From: Camelus ferus
Taxonomy: Eukaryota
NCBI RefSeq assembly: GCF_009834535.1
Contig: NC_045713.1
Span: 22,754,001 to 22,818,000 of the forward strand
Length of the DNA stretch: 64,000 nt
Direction of reading: 5' to 3'
The notes under the pieces are model-generated. The model was not told the origin of the DNA, made no database searches, and saw only the letters and a program-made list of their open reading frames with translations. Positions 13,286 through 25,489 of this stretch are shown in pieces. The position numbers and the translations under genes were made by a program. Within the stretch, counting starts at the first letter, position 1; the number at the start of each line of letters is the position of its first letter.

Positions 13286-14054
13286 CTTGGCTAGGATTCT
13301 TGAACAGAGTGCTTCCATGGGACTTACCCGTGTGACTTGGGCTTCTCATCACATGATGGCTGGATTTTGAAAGGAACCATGTCAAGAGGGAGTGCCCAGA
13401 GAATGAATTTTCCAAGATACTATGTGGCCTTTTAGGATCTGGCTTCAGAAGTCACATAGCATCACTTGTGCCATACCATATTGGTTGAAACAGTCTAAGC
13501 CCACCCAGGTTTGGGGAAGAGACACAGACCTCCCTTCTTGATGGGAGGCACATCAAATGATCTAGGACCAGGTTACAACAAGAAGCAGGCTTTGGAGAAT
13601 ATTTAGGATTCTCTCTTTCATTCTTATCCAAAGTGACTAGATAAGTTTTCAGTATTTCTCTTCCCTTCTTTAGGTTCCTATAAATGTTTTATTCAACTGG
13701 ATCCTCTTCTCCCACAGAGAAAGATCCACTACTTCCTCTTTTATTCTCCCCACATTTGATTTTCAATAACGCAGAAAGGCAGTCTTTTGGTATTTATTTA
13801 CATTCTTTTTGCTCATTCTCTTGATGCGATGATAGAAAGATGGTGATATAGCTGTGATAATGGCATGATATAGCTATGATAAAGAGAAGGGAGATGGGGG
13901 TGAAGAGTGCTTGGCCAGAGAGCCCTGGTCTTGAGAAATAAGTCCTTGAAATAAAAGCTATTGGTCTTGGAACATAATTTGCCTTTGACTTTGTCCCTCA
14001 GCTTAGGGAGGACAATTCATAGCTTTAACCCAAGGCTTCTAGTGCTTTTACGAG

Positions 14055-14445
14055 GTATTGTTTGGATTAAATTGAATTTTGTGAGTTTTGTTTATTTTTA
14101 CAATGTTATGAATGCCAAAGCAATACATGTGCACTGTGGGAAAAATGGAAAATATAGAAAAATATAAACCAAGTGAAAAGTTAACAGATGCCTAATGTTA
14201 ATAGTGTGGCATATATCATTAAAAACAACCCCCCACAATCATGTGCTTTAAGTTAGCAGATTAGTCTAGGTACCCTGAAACTTTAAATAATTACAGTGCA
14301 TAAACCTATTTCTTCATGTCATTAAATATGATATTGGAGCATGGTTTCTAGAGGTTATGTGATATTCAAGTGCATGGCTGTGCTAAACTTCACTTAACCA
14401 GTCCCCTATTGTTGGACGGATAGGTTATATCAACATTGTGTTGGG
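14055..14445 (-). mobile_element. Old L1ME/L1MC fragment
   Basis: aagcaatacatgtgcactgtgggaaaaatggaaaata; ttaaccagtcccctattgttggac. Confidence 0.7.
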
Positions 14446-14734
14446 TTGTCTGGCTCATGTAGGGTGAAACCAAATGAAGCCCACTTTGCCTATGATCATG
14501 CTTGGCACCTTCCTTGGGTCACATTTACTTTGGGGAACAGATCTGAAAGGTTGTGCCATGGAAATAGAGACAGACTTGTTCTGTGTAGTCCCCAAGGGTG
14601 GCAACAAGATGTCCTCAGTAATGATGATGACTGTAGTGATGACAACGACAGTGGTGACTAACATCATTTATTTAATGCATCCACCCAGTTGTTCATGTTA
14701 AAAACCCACATACTTTGCTCTGTGCCTCCTTCTC

Positions 14735-15680
14735 ACCTGCCACATCCCCTCATCGACACCTGTCAGTTCAGTATCCTAAATATTTCTTGAATCTACTCTC
14801 TTTCCGTTTCCATCGACACTTCTCTTCTTCGAGACTTTAATAGATACTGGCTGTGGAACTGTCTTCTGGTCACAGTGTTCCTTCTAAAGTGCAGCCCTGG
14901 TCATTGCAATGTGAAAATCTCATTATCCTCGGAATAACGTCCAACCCCCTTCTCACCTTATGCCACCCCTACTTCCATTCTTCATTAGTGCTGAACTTCT
15001 CTGTCTCTGNNNNNNNNNNNNNNNNNNNNNNNNNNNNNNNNNNNNNNNNNNNNNNNNNNNNNNNNNNNNNNNNNNNNNNNNNNNNNNNNNNNNNNNNNNN
15101 NNNNNNNNNNNNNNNNNNNNNNNNNNNNNNNNNNNNNNNNTCCTGGGGAGGCCTCTCCCCCCAGCTTGCAGACAGCTTCTTTCTCACTGTGTCCTCAGTG
15201 GTGAAGAGATATACCATCTCATGTCTCTTGCTATAAGTGCCCTAATCCCATTCTCGAGGGCTTTACTTTCATTACTTCATCACCTCCCAAAGGCCCACCT
15301 TTTAATACCACCACACTGGGGACTAAGGCATCCACATGTGAATTTTGGAGGCACACAAACATTCAGTCTCCAGCAGCTGTCAAGTCAGCTCTTCCCTCTG
15401 CTTAGAATGCTCTTCTTCCCTTTCCCCAAGTTATCTCAGTTCATACATTGCTTCCTCCAAGAAGCCTTCCCTGACTATCCCCCTGCCCAAGCCTGAGTTG
15501 GGTGCCCTTCTAGTGCTCAGCATGACTATCTGTGTGAATTCCCTTCCTGGTACTTGTTTTAGATGTCACAGAATTTTATCGTACTTTCCGCTGAATAGTG
15601 ATCTCTATGAGAATGGGGCTTCTCTTTTCCCAACAGATTTTAGCTCAGTGTCCAGCGTATAGTATGCTCTCATTAACTAT
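14735..15680 (+). mobile_element. L2 fragment interrupted by an MLT1A LTR
   Basis: L2 motifs before 15007, resuming at ~15374 (ccctctgcttagaatgctcttc, aagaagccttccctgact) to the terminal gaataatgaa. Confidence 0.7.
15008..15373 (-). mobile_element. MLT1A/A0-like solo LTR (start hidden by N run 15010-15140)
   Basis: catcacctcccaaaggcccacc, atgtgaattttggaggcacacaaacattcagtctccagca. Confidence 0.85.
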
Positions 15681-16199
15681 ATGAATAATGAAAGCCATGG
15701 TTGCTGCTTCTTGACCAGGCCCACTCACAAAACGACAACCCTCACCCACTTACGAGAACCAGCTCAGAAGCCCTCCTGTATTTGCTTTCTGGGGGGTAGA
15801 AAATTGTCTTCCAGGCAGGAAAATGCTTTAAAAACAGAATAGGCAAGCACTTGTGTAAATCATTAATAAATCTGTTTACTATTTTTATTTGCATTAGGTA
15901 TCAAATTAAATATTGCATTAAGTGAGTTAAATATTAATATTGCATTAAATATATATTGCATTTTTAAAATTGAGTGCTAGATGCTCTTCCTTGGAGTTGG
16001 ATTAGGAAGGCTTCAGCACAATCAGCCCAGCATGTGCTAACTGTGTGCATCGCTGATTTATTAGGGTCCACAGGGATAAGGGAAATGGCGAGAGGCTACA
16101 GGGGCCTGCAGATGGGTGGTGTGTCCCGGAGGGCAGTGCTACACAGTGAGAGTTGATGTTTGATGGCAGGAGGAGAGAGGAAAGGAGAGGAGGAGGGTG

Positions 16200-16435
16200 A
16201 ATATATGATTTATTGTGCACTTATTATGTGCCAAACATTGTCCTAAGGGATTTGCATGGAGTATCTCATTTCATTGTATTAGAGACCGACGAAATAGGTA
16301 CAATTATTATTCTGCCTTACACAGGTGAGTCTCAAAGAGGTTGGGAGATGTGCACAAGGCCTCATAGGCTTGGTGAGGCTGTCATAGGCAGTATGACTCA
16401 CATTCTTAACTATGATCCTCTACTGCTTCTTGAGG
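16200..16435 (-). mobile_element. MIR
   Basis: atttattgtgcacttattatgtgccaaacattgtcctaagg...tatctcattt. Confidence 0.8.
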
Positions 16436-16542
16436 GAGGAGCTTTCAAGTTGCTATTAATCAAAATGGACATGTGGTTTTTAAGGAATTTTAAATTTTGG
16501 CTGTCTTTATTCCTAACGACAGGGGAACATGATATAATTTAG

Positions 16543-16627
16543 ACCCACCTATCCACCCATCCATCCATCCATCCATCTATCTATCTATCATCCACCCATC
16601 CATCATCCATCGATACATCCATCCATC
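16543..16627. repeat. (CCAT)n/(CTAT)n simple repeat
   Basis: Directly visible tetranucleotide array. Confidence 0.9.
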
Positions 16628-17299
16628 TTACTGGTTCTTAGTGAGATACTGATGGGTACCAGGAAGAGCCAGGTCTGGGAATACAGGGATGAACAAGGCA
16701 GATATAATCCCTATGCTGATGGATCTCATAGCCCAGTGGCAGAAGCCAGGAACACTTGGCTTTTAATATCCCAGCTTTTTCCCCTTCACCAAGATGCTTC
16801 CATAGTCTGAAACACTCTTTGCTCATGTGGTATACCCCTTTTCCTGTGTCTCAGAAGAGCCAGGATAGGCTATGGTACTGAAGGGGGTTCTCTGGCTTCC
16901 AGTACTTACCATGCCCTGACCTCTTGGTGACTTGTTCAGAGAGTACCTGGTCAACATCATCTTCTTCTGGTGACTGGATTTTCCCATGGTAGGCAAGACT
17001 GTCATATGGTCTGTTGTGCACCAGTGCTCAGAGGCCACATATAGACATGGGAGTCTAGGTCAGATATGGCCCTGGGTCTTCAGGAAGGACCTTGTCCCTC
17101 TGTTAAGGACCTCATCCACATCTCTAACCAGCTGTTCCCTGTCCCACCTGCAAGACAGATACAGCTTACCTATTCAGGTGGGTCCCAAGGCTTCATCACA
17201 TCCCCATGCAACGTGGTGGGGCTGATGGGACCCCAAGTAGATTCTGACATAGAGAAAGAAACGTTAGCACTTTGCTAGACCAACTGGTAGGGTCCCTCA

Positions 17300-18085
17300 G
17301 ATCCCCAAATTCATACTTCAGTTCAGATGTCTCGTCTGAACCCCACGCTGATATGTCCAGCTGCTTTCTCAACCATTCTAAGTGGATGTCTCAAGGACAT
17401 CTCAAATGTCATGTGTCCACTTGTCACGTGTCTTACTCTCCCTTGAATTTTTCCTTCTCCCCAAATATTCCCCAGCTCAATAATTAATATCACTCATCAC
17501 TTTGCATCAGATATGCAAGTCAGGAAATAAGAGGTTGTGGTACTCTCCCATTCTCCTGGCCCATAACACACCCATACACACACACACATGCACACACCAG
17601 CAAATCCTCTTGATTCTCACTCCAAAATATTTCTTCAGTCCATCTCCTTTCCTCCATTTCCTCCACCACCAGCCTAATTCACACTTCTGTCACCTTTTGT
17701 GGAAACCACAGTTGCCTCCCAACCGATTAAGCTATTTCTATTCTTGCTCGATCCAAACCGCTGTCAAGGTGAGAATAATAGTGACCTTGTTCCTTCCTGC
17801 TGTCATGTTCAGTGACTTCCCATTGCACTTGGAAAGACTCCAGACTCCTAACTTATGCTGGATCCCAATACTTCTTTGATATTGTGCCCACCCATCCCTC
17901 CACCTTCACCTTAAGGCACCTTTTAGGCTGCTCTGTCCCCCTAACTAAGACGCAAGCCCCAGAGTTCAGAAGCCACTACCTGCTCACTCTGTATTGCCAG
18001 TTCACTGAGCACAGTGCCAGGACACAGGAGGCCCCAGGAAATAGTGGTAGTGTGAATGAATGAGTAAATTAATCAATGAATGAAT
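17300..18085 (+). mobile_element. L2 fragment with 3' end
   Basis: tggatgtctcaaggacatctcaaa, cagcaaatcctcttgattctcactccaaaata, gcacagtgccaggacacaggagg...gaatgaatga. Confidence 0.8.
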
Positions 18086-18527
18086 GAGGCAGCCAGGTGA
18101 CAGGACAGGTAATGACTCCTTCCAAGTTGAGGGTTCTCTATTTGTAGGGTTGCACACTGTGAGGTTTAACAGTGAGGTGGAACTTCGATCCTTTTCTTCC
18201 TGTGTCCATACTTTGGCCGACACAGAAGTCTCCCTCCGAGAAGGAACTGGTAGCCCAGTGGTGAATGGTGTAGACAGATGACAGCTTCCAGCTGTTAATG
18301 CCTTGGACCCTCCTCAGTCCTTGAGCTGCCCTGTTTTTCTCAGGTTGGCCCTTGGCCAGTGACTGCAAGACTGTGGTCCCAGGGCCTGGCTGTTTCTGCC
18401 CAATGCAGGACTCCTCTAATGGGTACTCGGCTCTGGAGTCCCTAGTGAGTAGCCAGAAACTATCAAGTCCCCATCCCTGCCTGATGGCTCCCCCGTCCAA
18501 TCCTGTCTCCTCTCTTCTTTCACAGCT

Positions 18528-18970
18528 CATATCAGTGTCCTGTGGCTGCTGTAAAAAAATGATCATGAACAGAGTGACTTAAAACGAAAGAAGTGTATCC
18601 TTTCACAGTTATGGAGGCCAGAGGTCCAAAATCAAGGGGGCCTTCAAGGGCTCTAAGAGAGGATCCCTCCTGCCTCTTTCAGCTTCTCAGGATTCCAGGC
18701 GTTCCTCGGCTTGTGGCTGCATCACTCTTGTCTCTGCCTCTGTCTTTATATTGCCCTCTTCCCTGTGTTTGCTGTGTCTCAAATCTTCCTTTACTCTTCT
18801 CTCTCAAGAACACTATCTTTGGATTTAGGGCCCCTAATCCAGTGTGACCTCATCTTACCTTGATTACAGATTACATCTACAGAGACCTTTTTCCCAAATA
18901 AGGTCACATGCACAGGTTCTGGGGGTTAGGACTTGAACATATCTTGGGGGAATACTTCTCAACCCCCAGT
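18528..18970 (-). mobile_element. MLT1C/D-like solo LTR
   Basis: ggatttagggcccctaatccagtgtgacctcatctt, cccaaataaggtcacatgcacaggttctgggggttaggacttgaacatatc. Confidence 0.9.
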
Positions 18971-21339
18971 TCTGGTGTTACTCCCCAGTAAACCTTTTGC
19001 ATGGCTAACTCCACCTTGGTGTCTGCTTTCCAGAAGACCCAGCCAACAGGCTTCCTTCCCTCACCTGGAGTGTTCTGTTCCTTGCTTGTTACAATATTCC
19101 ACTTCTGCTTAAATATTTGAGTTTTGCCTCCCTGAGTCACTTGGAAGTTACCTGAGGGCAAGTGTGTGTCCTTCTGGACAATGCCAAGCATGATCTTCCA
19201 TTTACACAAAAGAATTAGGGAACAAGAGAGGTCCTGGGATTAGAATCAAACAAAGCAGGTGTGAGTACCAACTCACTGACTCCTGGGACCCTGAGATATT
19301 TACTTCTCTGTTTTCATGATCTGTGACATGCTGATATAATAATATTCACCCTTCTTGTGGTCTTTTTGTGAGGACAAGATGTTTTAAATCATGTATGATG
19401 GGGGGAGTTCACCACTATTTTGTCTACACCAGTATAACCTCTCTTCCCTACCCCCTGTCTTTGAGGGGCCTGTAAGTCTCCTTTGAAAAAGGAGGGGCTC
19501 CCCTGGAAAGGAGGGGGCACACAGAGAGGTTTTGTTGGGGCTCTGCATAGGCTCGGGGCACAAGGACTGGCCCTTCTGGACCATCTGCAATCTTTGGGCG
19601 GATGTTTGTGGAAGGCTCTTTCCAGATAGTGACTGGGTTTCTCACCCTGGGTTCCATGATCTCCCTCAAAGGGCCAGATTGTTCTGTAAGCATTGGCTTG
19701 GCAATTGCCTTTGGATATCAGAAAGACTGTACACTGTTTCATTCTCTTTTCGCTTCTGCTAAAGTAATCCTAATCCTCCTGGAGGCAAGGAGAAGGCCTC
19801 TGATTGATGGAAAGTTTTATATAAGGAAGGACACCAAGGAAAAGCATAAAGATTAATCCAGGTTCTAATCCCGTTGCAGGAGCCAAGTGCGTCACCTGCT
19901 TGGGCATCGTGCAGCAGCTATTATGAATGTTGTTGCTTGATGTCCTGGTGTCACTGTACTTGTCATCAGGGTGAGGAGTGAGGGTCACGCTCAGATGTCA
20001 CGGTGGAAATTTTGCTCGCAAAATGGATGACAGGGAAAGGAGTGTCTGTGGAAATACTCATCTTTCTCATCTCTTCTCCGTTGGGTAGAAGGATGGAGAA
20101 ACTGCAGGCAAGCTGGGTCCTTTCCTGCAGTTTTGCATTCTCACTGTGCCTTCTAGGAGATTGCAGGCTGGAGAGGGCACAAGAAAGCTGGCCCAGAGGT
20201 GACTTCACCATGTTGTGGTCTTCCTGTTTACAAGGTCATGGGAGCAGAGGACAGATCCAATTTTTAAGAGTGGCACGTAGAGTAGCAACATTTGAGCTTC
20301 TAGAGAGTGCAATGTTGTGATGATTAGAGACACAAGACCCTGCCCTGCACTGAGATCTGCCACTCCTTCCCCCTCTTTCCTTCTGTCCCTCACTCCACAC
20401 TACTTCCTTCCCCTTAAGGCAGTTGTGTTCCCAGTTGTAGAGAGCAGAGCGGGTGGGTGAGGAGGCCAGCCTGCAGGGAGGGACGGTGTCTCACTACTGT
20501 ACTGGGCACTGTTCAGAATTAGAACTTTGTGCCCCACAGTTCCTGCAGCAACCCACCAGGCTCTGATGAAAGTTTCATGCAGTTTTCTCTTCCCTTTAAA
20601 GCCTGTTGGGGCATTTTCAGCAGAGGAGAAAGGGGTAGAGTTCACCTTAATCCTTCTCTGTCCCATATTTCTGCCTTTAAGGGGATCCAGGCTGGAGCCT
20701 TGTAATTATCTCAAAAATAGACCTGATAGCCACAGTGCATTTGGTGGGTTTCCTTGGCGGTGTCTAATGAAACAGCACAGCAAGCAGGAGGTAGTCTGTT
20801 GGCAGGGTGGATAGATGGCCTTGCGTCTGTTAATCTCACATTTCATCTCCATTTAAGCAGCCTTTGAGCTCATTAATTGTCTTTCTGAGAAGGGCCAGGC
20901 ATTTATCTTTGAGAGCCATCCAGCTTTACTGAGTTCATCCAGCCTAAAGAGAAGGGGAGGGGAGACTGTAGCTGTCCACCTAATTTTACTGAACAAGAAA
21001 TAGATAGTCAGACAGGGTGATGGCTCTTGATCTGTTTTGCCTGATTGCCTGCCCACCAGTAGGGTGGTACCGATCTCTGCCCTGACCAGTGTGGAAGAGA
21101 GTGCCACCTCCCCATGCTCTCACAGCATGGAAGATCACCCATTTCTTCCTGACATAAGGTGGAATTCTGTCAACGCCCACGTCATAGGAACAAACATAAA
21201 AGGAGTGCATAAAGCTGCCTAATGCCCCCAAAGTACCTGTCTGTTTTTAAAAAAGAGCAGATGCACAATCATTCGAATTTTATGAGAAGGATAAAGTAAA
21301 ATGACTCTTTCTACAGGAATATGCAATATATATTTTTAA

Positions 21340-21965
21340 ACTATCAAGTTCCTCTGATGCATTTAAAATAGATATAGAATGTTGATGAATAGCGGAATAG
21401 TTAAATAAATTATGGTGTGTCCAGAGTATGGGATTCTATGGAGTTCTGTGGAATTTCAGCTGTTAACAAAAGGAAGAGGTGACTCCACAGCAAAGGTTCT
21501 TAACTGGTTCCTCAGGGGACCCTTGGCTGTGTCTGGAGACATTTTTGGTTGTCACAATTGGGGGAGAGGATGTGGGTCTGGCATTTAGTGGGTAGAGGCC
21601 AGAGTGTTACAAGTTTCCTTCAGTGCACAAGACAGCCCCCCACAACAAAGAAGCATCCAGTCTAAACTGTCAGCTTTCAACAGAGCTGAAGCTGAGAAAC
21701 CCAGTTCCACATGAATTATCTGGAAAAGACATTCACACTCTATTGTTAAGTTTATAGAAATCAAGTGTGCAGATCAAAATCTGTAACTCCAACCCATTTT
21801 TAAAAATTAAAAGTATATGTTGTCTGTATCTAAATATGTATATATAGGTGGATATATTTGTACATGTTTAGGAAAAAGACCAGAAGGATACATGTCAAAT
21901 TCATACTGCTTTTTTCAGGGGTGAGTTTGGTGAATAGTAGGGGCTTTCTTCATTTATAATTCAGA
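21340..21965 (+). mobile_element. L1ME 3' region split by MER20
   Basis: ttaaataaattatggtgtgtccag, gaaaaagaccagaaggatacatgtcaaa. Confidence 0.65.
21491..21704 (+). mobile_element. MER20 (hAT-Charlie) DNA transposon
   Basis: gtctggagacatttttggttgtcacaa, gtgggtagaggccag, cagccccccacaacaaagaa, gctgagaaaccc; degenerate 8-bp TSD CTCCACAG/TTCCACAT. Confidence 0.9.
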
Positions 21966-22469
21966 AAAGAGTGGTGGGGAAAATAAGATTGATTTTGATT
22001 TTTACAGGTTCAGTGGACACCTTACCTTTCCAGGATCACACATTCTGCAGAATGGATTTTCTCAGGGCAGCACATACATTGCTTTTCAAGGGACTGTTAT
22101 ATGAGGCTATCTAGATGAATGCTATAAACGAGATTTTTATAGGAGACTCTTTCTTTTCATTGCCCGATGTCTGCCATTAGTTACAGTCGAGCCTGGCAAG
22201 ACTAGGTCTTGATTTCTTAAACAAACAAAATAAAATTAAACTCTGAATACTGAGGAATAAACAGATCCTTGTGGATAAAGATACAGAAAATGTCTTTAAA
22301 ACCGCATCACGGCACACCAAGATGATCAACATTCAGAAAAACAACCACCATGGAATATTCATTTTGACCAAATTGTCCTGCTGGTCCCCTTGCTTTCAGC
22401 CAAATTGTCTTCAGCAGCACGAAGAGACTTGTCCAGAAGCCTTTGGAGCGTCTATTATTATGCACTTAT

Positions 22470-22900
22470 TATGCAGTAACCAGGCCAGGGAGGAGAGCGC
22501 AGTGCAAGAGACACGGCTGCAGTGGATCGAGAGGGACTGAGCACGGGGATGAGTGAGAGGCGGCCCCAGGCTTCAGGCTCAGTGGGCTGGCAGGACTGCG
22601 ATGCGCTTCTCCAACCTAAGAGGTGGAGGAGGCACAGCTGGCGGAGAGAGCAGGGCATGGCTTGGGCCATGTGGAGTTGAAATGTTAGTGGGACGCCCAC
22701 GTGGAGAGGGTGAGACGATGGTCATTTCGTTGCGCCTGGAGCTCAGGACAGCAGCTAGGACCAGAAACACACATTCATGGTCCTAGAGGAGGTGGGGACC
22801 GAGGTATGAGTGGGATAGTAAATGGTTCCAAGGGATGGGTGGGGAGTAAGACGCATGCAGAGGCGGAGTCCTAGAGGATGCCGGTGTTCCCAGAATAGGG
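22470..22900 (-). mobile_element. L2 fragment
   Basis: gagttgaaatgttagtgggacgcccacgtggag...cctggagctcagga; explains the slightly CpG-richer look. Confidence 0.6.
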
Positions 22901-23862
22901 GTAGGAAACGGAGCCCGAAGGACTAAGCACTTTGGGAAAAGACGTCAGAGAGGGGCAGACAAAGCTGTAAGAATCACTGCAGAGGGCTCCCAGTAAGGTG
23001 AGAAGGGACAAGGGGGCTTGCGCGATAAAGCTGTCTCAGTGGGAGGGGCCCAGGGCCTTGGGGAGTAAATGAGAGGGGTGGAGGGTCCTCACATGCTCTT
23101 CTTCGGAGCTGTAGCCTCACTTGTATTTATGACTCCCTGGTTACTGTCTGCTCCTCCTCCAGACTGTCAGTGACATTGGGGACTGTTTATTTGTGCTTCT
23201 CACCACGTCTCCAATGTTGAGCACAGTTCTGGAGGGTGGATGGAAGAAGCAAAGAGATACGAGCTTTTATAGTTGTTAAAGGAGATGAGGGGGCAAGGAA
23301 GAGAGGGGTGAGATCTGGATATCTTCTGGGCCCAGAGGAGGGGCTGGCATAGAAAGAGGGTTTGAGGATAAGCGGAGGGATGAGGGACAGAGGGAGGGCT
23401 GGGGGAGGCACAGGGCTTGGTTCTAAGAAACCAGGAGAGAGGTCAGTATTCATCTACCCTTTGTATGCTGACCCTGGGCTCTGCCTTACCCACTCGCTCT
23501 CGAGGTGTGCCTCCCTTGTAAGCCGAGGTCAGAGGCCCACCTGAGCCTGCACAGTGGACCAGGCACTCCACCCTGTCCATGACTTTCAACAGGCAGGCAG
23601 GACAAGCCCTCTTGTTTACGCCTTGCAAACAGGAGAGAAGTGCCACAGGCATGCTGGCGTAACAGCCTTTGAGGGAGAAGAAGTTCAGCATTTACTTTAC
23701 ATGTTACCTGTTTCCAAATTGTGGCTCTAGCTCTAAGTCATGTCCCCGAAGATTCCTCTTTATGTGAATGGTCTGTGCTGGCTGGTCCCAGCCCATTTCC
23801 TGGTTAATCTCTGGGAATGGACTTGAGCAACCATGATAATAAAAATACTAATAACAGTTCTA

Positions 23863-24647
23863 GGTATTTTCTTCCTCTAAACTTCTTTGCTGTGAACATA
23901 TTTGCAGCAAACATCTTCGCCCCATAACTAATGGGCCGTAAAGCATATAATAAAGGATAAAATAACTGGTTAACAGTTGGTTTCACTCGTCCATTGGCAC
24001 AGGACTCCCATTTCTGTATTCTATCAGTCTTAGCCCTCATGATGGTCTAAACAGAACTGAGAGATGGGGCAGCATTAAAATAGCGGATGATAACAACTAC
24101 GTGTATCAACTTGATAGAAAATATAGTGATAAAACTTACTGGAAGTTTGAAATAGAGAGCGTAAAGCCAGATCACACATTATACTAGAAAAGAATAACAT
24201 CAGTTTGCAAATCCTTCCGTGATCTGAAGGTGCAGAGTCGAAGCCATGTTTCCCATAGAACTTTGGAACATTTGCCAAAGGACACGTGATAATCTGCCCA
24301 GAAGGAACAGCCATACAGAGGTTTTCCCGGTGTGATACAGAGCTCAGTTAATATACATGCACCCGAGTGTTTGGAAACCAATCCCTCTCTGTTATTTGCA
24401 CAATACTGCCATGAATCTACACACATTTTAGATATGTGGAAATATTTTGTATTTCACAATAAACTCTTTAAAATTTTGTTACTCATTTTTCATGTTTCAT
24501 TATGTCCTTTTTTTTCTTTACATCCCTATTTACCTTTTTGTTATTTTATCTCTTACGGCGAAATTGCCTTACAGCCAATTAGTTTTGCGGTGAAAATGTT
24601 TATAGAGAAAAGCGCCTTGTGGCAAAGGTGCTTAGGGCAAAAATGCT
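23863..24647 (+). mobile_element. Internally deleted Mutator-like (MULE/MuDR) DNA transposon relic
   Basis: ~105-bp imperfect TIRs (23863-23966 / 24540-24647); decayed FLYWCH-like frame 24056-24185; transposase C-terminal motif MFPIELWNICQRTRDNLPRRNSHTE...HPSVWK at 24246-24383. Confidence 0.8.
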
Positions 24648-24654
24648 GGGCTGG

Positions 24655-24790
24655 GCTAATAACAGCTCTTGTCACAGAGACCTTTGCTGAGGGCTGTCCA
24701 TAAACCAGGGGTGCAGTATCACATTTAATCTCTGCGGTCACCCTGTGAAGTAGGTTGGGAGCCTGGAGCTCAGCTCGGGGTGGATGGGAA
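24655..24790 (-). mobile_element. MIR fragment
   Basis: ctaataacagct...tatcacatttaatctctgcggtcaccctgtgaagtagg. Confidence 0.6.
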
Positions 24791-25489
24791 GTAACAGCGG
24801 AATATTGTCTTCTCCCGGTGGCTGGGTCTGCTGTGCCCGAGACCTTGGGTAGCAAAGTAGAGTAGCCCATCTCTTTGTCTTTAAGGTACTGGCTTGGTTA
24901 ATCTCCTCACAGTTTATTGGACCCAGAGCCCTGGCTGGGACTGGCCAGCGCCAGGGGATTTTTATCTGTTTGGCAGAGTCCAAGAAAGGGGTTTTCTTCT
25001 TTCTGTCTCTCGGAGTCTGGGGTACTGGGGGAGCCACAGGCATATGATAAAGGGGCTTGATCTGAGCCTCAGGCAGGGTAAGGGGAGCTTGTGGTGTCTT
25101 CTCTCCTGTTGGGTGGAAACCATCTCAAAACCGATAGGAAATATGGTAGATGTGTGAGCGGCGGGCAGAGAGAGAGAGGGAGGAAGAGAAGGTTTTCTTG
25201 GCTTGGACAGTGATGTCCTGAGTTCGGGGGCAGACTGGCCCTGGGATTTGCATTTCACAAAGCGTCTGTGCAACTCGCCTTTTCCCTTTCGTCTCAGCCA
25301 GGGCCCTTTCTGTGCTGGGGATTGACCTGGGAGTTCTGAGAACAAGTGGAGCATGTGCATGGGTCAGTCCACAGTATGGGGGCTACTTGGGGCTATTGAT
25401 CTGAGTAGGGTATGACTTTTGGTTCTGTGAAAATGTGCTTAAAAATCTGCTGGTGCCTTCCAAACTTGCTTAGAAAAAACTAAAACACC

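Larger units (their letters stand above)
10080..13570 (-). mobile_element. MLT1 (MaLR) provirus: 3' LTR ~10080-10528, internal ~10529-12113, 5' LTR ~12114-13570
   Basis: Two reverse-orientation MLT1 LTRs (gcattgctgtataacaatctgccctaaact; gttgctctctactaaatcaccccaaacttagcagc ... cagaagtcacatagcatcact) flank MLT-int-like sequence ending cagtagcaccccacctctaggagccaacttt. Confidence 0.75.

Noticed and set aside
16909-17020. Minus-strand acidic peptide (SPEEDDVDQVLSEQ) ending at a G|GTAAGT donor
   Set aside because: No credible acceptor, an upstream in-frame stop and no recognisable protein.
22460-22900. Possible CpG island or promoter
   Set aside because: Only mildly CpG-enriched and explained by L2 sequence.
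23848-24669. Direct repeat CTAATAACAG(T/C)TCT around the MULE relic as a TSD
   Set aside because: The right copy is offset about 8 bp from the TIR end and is also MIR-tail-like, so it is not a clean 9-10-bp MULE TSD.
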